The translations under genes were made by a program, and so were the position numbers. From contig JBJHDK010000069.1 of NCBI GenBank assembly GCA_050486505.1, positions 1 to 10,981 of the forward strand: a DNA stretch of 10,981 bases, written 5' to 3'. Origin of the DNA: Fibrobacteria bacterium. GTDB lineage: Bacteria; Fibrobacterota; Fibrobacteria; UBA11236. This document shows positions 8,844-10,981 of the stretch, one piece after another. The first letter of the stretch is position 1, and each line of letters begins with the position of its first letter. The notes beneath the pieces are model-generated. The model saw nothing but the letters and a program-made list of their open reading frames with translations. It had not been told where the DNA came from and did not search any database.

Positions 8844-8889
8844 ACAACGAAAAAGCGGAAGGCCTTGAGGCCTTCCGCTTTTTCGTTGT
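8844..8889. terminator. bidirectional intrinsic terminator downstream of the tRNA
   Basis: Perfect 22-bp inverted repeat ACAACGAAAAAGCGGAAGGCCT-TG-AGGCCTTCCGCTTTTTCGTTGT with A5/T5 tracts around a GC stem. Confidence 0.92.
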
Positions 8890-8960
8890 CCTGTGCCGTC
8901 CAGATTCGCTTCGTCACGGTTTTTGACCGTTCAAGACCCGGATGTAAGAGTCCGGCGGGT

Positions 8961-8966
8961 TAGTTT
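8961..8966 (+). promoter_or_regulatory. candidate -10 box TAGTTT (leaderless start at GTG 8973)
   Basis: TANNNT followed by 6 nt and GTG. The TAG is also the in-frame upstream stop, so the CDS cannot start earlier. Confidence 0.4.
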
Positions 8967-8972
8967 TCGGGG

Positions 8973-10981
8973 GTGGGTTCCTGGCGTGATTTCGGAGCAT
9001 GCGCTCCTTTGGCCCTGATACTGGCGGTGCTCCCGGCCCACGGGCAGGGTGCTTGGTCGGCGCGTTCCCCGGGACTCACGGGGCATTTGCATACCGTCTT
9101 TTTCCACGACGCCTCCAGAGGCTGGGCTTCGGCCGACGAGGGCATTATCCTCGTCACCGTGGATTCCGGAACGACTTGGTCGGTGCGGGCCACGGGAAGT
9201 CCGGTGCCGTTGCGCGCGATGCACTTCGCCGGCAAAGACAGCGGTTGGGCCGGAGGTGCTTCCGGAGAAATCCTCCGAACCTTGGACGGGGGGGGATCCT
9301 GGGAAGCGCTTTCCGGACCCGTCACCCAGACCATCAGCGGCATCCACTTTCCGACCGCACGGTACGGATGGGCGGTCGCTTGGAGCGGAGAGATTCAAAA
9401 AACCTCGGACGGGGGAGAAACCTGGTTCTTGCAGGATGCCGCCAACCCCGCCCGGACCGTGTTCCATGCCGTCAGCTTTGTCGATTCCCTGACCGGCTGG
9501 GCGGTGGGTGATGCAGGAATCGTGCGTGCGACCCGCGATGGAGGGGAAACGTGGCAGATCCAGGATGCCGGCATGACGTCTTCGTTTCGTGCCGTGCACG
9601 CGCTCGATCGGGACACTGTCTGGGCTTCGGGGAATGGCGGGCAGGTGCGGGTCACGCATGACGGCGGCGAAACGTGGGAAGCGCGTCCGACCGGAATCCA
9701 GACCAGTTTGCCGGCAGTGCGCTTCATCGACGCGCGCACTGGCTGGGTCGCAGGTTCAGGTGGATTCGTGCTGCGCACCGTCGATGGCGGGCGCAGCTGG
9801 GTGCGGCAAGATCTCCCGGGAGGCGCCTGGGTGAATGCCTTGGCGGTTTCACCGGGGTCGCAGCGCAGGTTGTGGGCAGCAGGAGACGACGGGAGCCTTC
9901 ATGCGCGCGACATCCCTGCTCTTCCCGTGGTTCGCATGGCGGGTTCACAAATCTGGGGCGAGGGGCAAACCATTTCCCCCCTGGTCCCGCGTGTGTTGGA
10001 GGGCGAACCCCTTGGCTGGGAGATCGACCCGGATCCGGCGCCCCTTGGTCTTGTGTTCGATACGACGACCGGCATGCTCGGCGGGGTGCCCGCCTTGGCC
10101 ACGGAGCCCACGCTGTTTCGCATCACGGCAAAAAGTGCCGGTGGAGCTGTTTCCATGCCATTCAGTGTGACGATTCTCGGTGAAAGCGGCGGGTCGCAAT
10201 ACTGGACCGCAGTCGCATCGGGTGCGGGTGCGTCCTGGAACGCTGCGGTGTTCCGCGGGGGGCGGGTCTGGCTTGCAGGCGGGCAGGGCATGCTGCTGAC
10301 CACGCAGGACGGTTTTTCGTGGACGATCAGGGAGACGGGTGAGACGCGTACCTTGCGTGCTCTCGGCTTTGCGGCGGCCCCTGATTCCCTCGCCGGATGG
10401 GCAGTCGGCGAGGGGGGAGCGTTGTTGAAAACCTCTGACGGCGGAGAGAACTGGCTTCCGCAGTCTTCCGGGCGCACGGATGCATTGCATGCCGTGCACG
10501 CCTTCAGCGCGACGTCCGCAATCGCTGCAGGGGATGCAGGGACGCTCTTGAGAAGCGCTGATGGTGGCGCGACCTGGACTGCATGGCCGGTGCCGACCAC
10601 GCAGTCGCTGCGGGCCGTTTGCTTCGTTTCACCGTTGCGAGGATGGCTGGTCGGCGGTGCAGGAACCATCCTGTCCACCGAGGACGGTGGATTGAACTGG
10701 AGTCTGCAATCTTCCGGAACCACGCAAGATCTGCGCGCGGTGTCCTTCGCCGACAGTTCGACGGGCTGGATCGCCGGCGACGCCGGGACCTTGCTCAAGA
10801 CAAGCGACGGGGGCGAAACCTGGATCCGGCAAGCCACAGGTGTTCCGCATGCATTACGTGGAGTCTCCGCGCTGGATGCGTTCACCGTCTGGGTCGCCGG
10901 TGACGCGGGGACCATGCTCAAGAGCTTGGACGGTGGGGCAATCTGGCAGGCACAACCTCTTTCCAACCAGTACGGGTTACG
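8973..10981 (+). CDS. secreted YCF48-like / BNR Asp-box beta-propeller protein with a putative Ig-like (He_PIG-type) domain (partial; continues beyond right edge)
   Basis: Hand translation is open from GTG 8973 to the window end (669 codons). Signal peptide MGSWRDFGACAPLALILAVLPAHG|Q. Six Asp-boxes (TVDSGTTW, TLDGGGSW, TSDGGETW, TRDGGETW, THDGGETW, TVDGGRSW), an Ig-like segment (PLGLVFDTTTGMLGGVP...FRITAKSAGG, about 9925-10180), then six more Asp-boxes. Absent from ORF track. Confidence 0.9.
   Translation, partial: MGSWRDFGACAPLALILAVLPAHGQGAWSARSPGLTGHLHTVFFHDASRGWASADEGIILVTVDSGTTWSVRATGSPVPLRAMHFAGKDSGWAGGASGEILRTLDGGGSWEALSGPVTQTISGIHFPTARYGWAVAWSGEIQKTSDGGETWFLQDAANPARTVFHAVSFVDSLTGWAVGDAGIVRATRDGGETWQIQDAGMTSSFRAVHALDRDTVWASGNGGQVRVTHDGGETWEARPTGIQTSLPAVRFIDARTGWVAGSGGFVLRTVDGGRSWVRQDLPGGAWVNALAVSPGSQRRLWAAGDDGSLHARDIPALPVVRMAGSQIWGEGQTISPLVPRVLEGEPLGWEIDPDPAPLGLVFDTTTGMLGGVPALATEPTLFRITAKSAGGAVSMPFSVTILGESGGSQYWTAVASGAGASWNAAVFRGGRVWLAGGQGMLLTTQDGFSWTIRETGETRTLRALGFAAAPDSLAGWAVGEGGALLKTSDGGENWLPQSSGRTDALHAVHAFSATSAIAAGDAGTLLRSADGGATWTAWPVPTTQSLRAVCFVSPLRGWLVGGAGTILSTEDGGLNWSLQSSGTTQDLRAVSFADSSTGWIAGDAGTLLKTSDGGETWIRQATGVPHALRGVSALDAFTVWVAGDAGTMLKSLDGGAIWQAQPLSNQYGL

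Noticed and set aside
8931..10966. All listed ORFs over 8931-10966, including 9899..10966 (-)
   Set aside because: Shadows of the unlisted + strand frame from 8973; their repeated PPS motifs mirror the DGG Asp-boxes.
9051..10981. About 123-nt periodicity as a CRISPR array or DGR template/variable repeat
   Set aside because: The periodicity is at protein-blade level with diverged DNA; no identical repeats, cas genes or reverse transcriptase.

Overview
GC-rich bacterial chromosomal window, mostly housekeeping. Left to right: the 5' part of a D-xylose-type ABC sugar-binding lipoprotein (xylF-like, - strand, runs off the left edge); a divergent + strand run of galactose-mutarotase-like gene, recO, gluQ, panB and a 115-aa hypothetical; a convergent membrane-anchored YkuE-like metallophosphoesterase; a hicAB type II toxin-antitoxin pair with a palindromic operator candidate; thiC under a TPP riboswitch whose SD-sequestering switch can be read from the sequence; tRNA-Ala(CGC) with a bidirectional terminator; and a large secreted protein with two YCF48-like Asp-box propellers and an Ig-like domain (runs off the right edge). 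The xylF-like gene, hicA and the propeller protein are missing from the supplied ORF track. I see no large new system. The best leads are TANNNT boxes placed 6-7 nt before four start codons (leaderless mRNAs, including a 9-codon leader ORF), a codon-usage break inside the metallophosphoesterase gene that may mark a recombined block carrying hicAB and thiC, an internal twin-arginine motif suggesting Sec+Tat dual targeting, GTAG-type REP-like palindromes and an inverted heptamer-repeat spacer. All family assignments come from motif recognition by eye; no searches were run.
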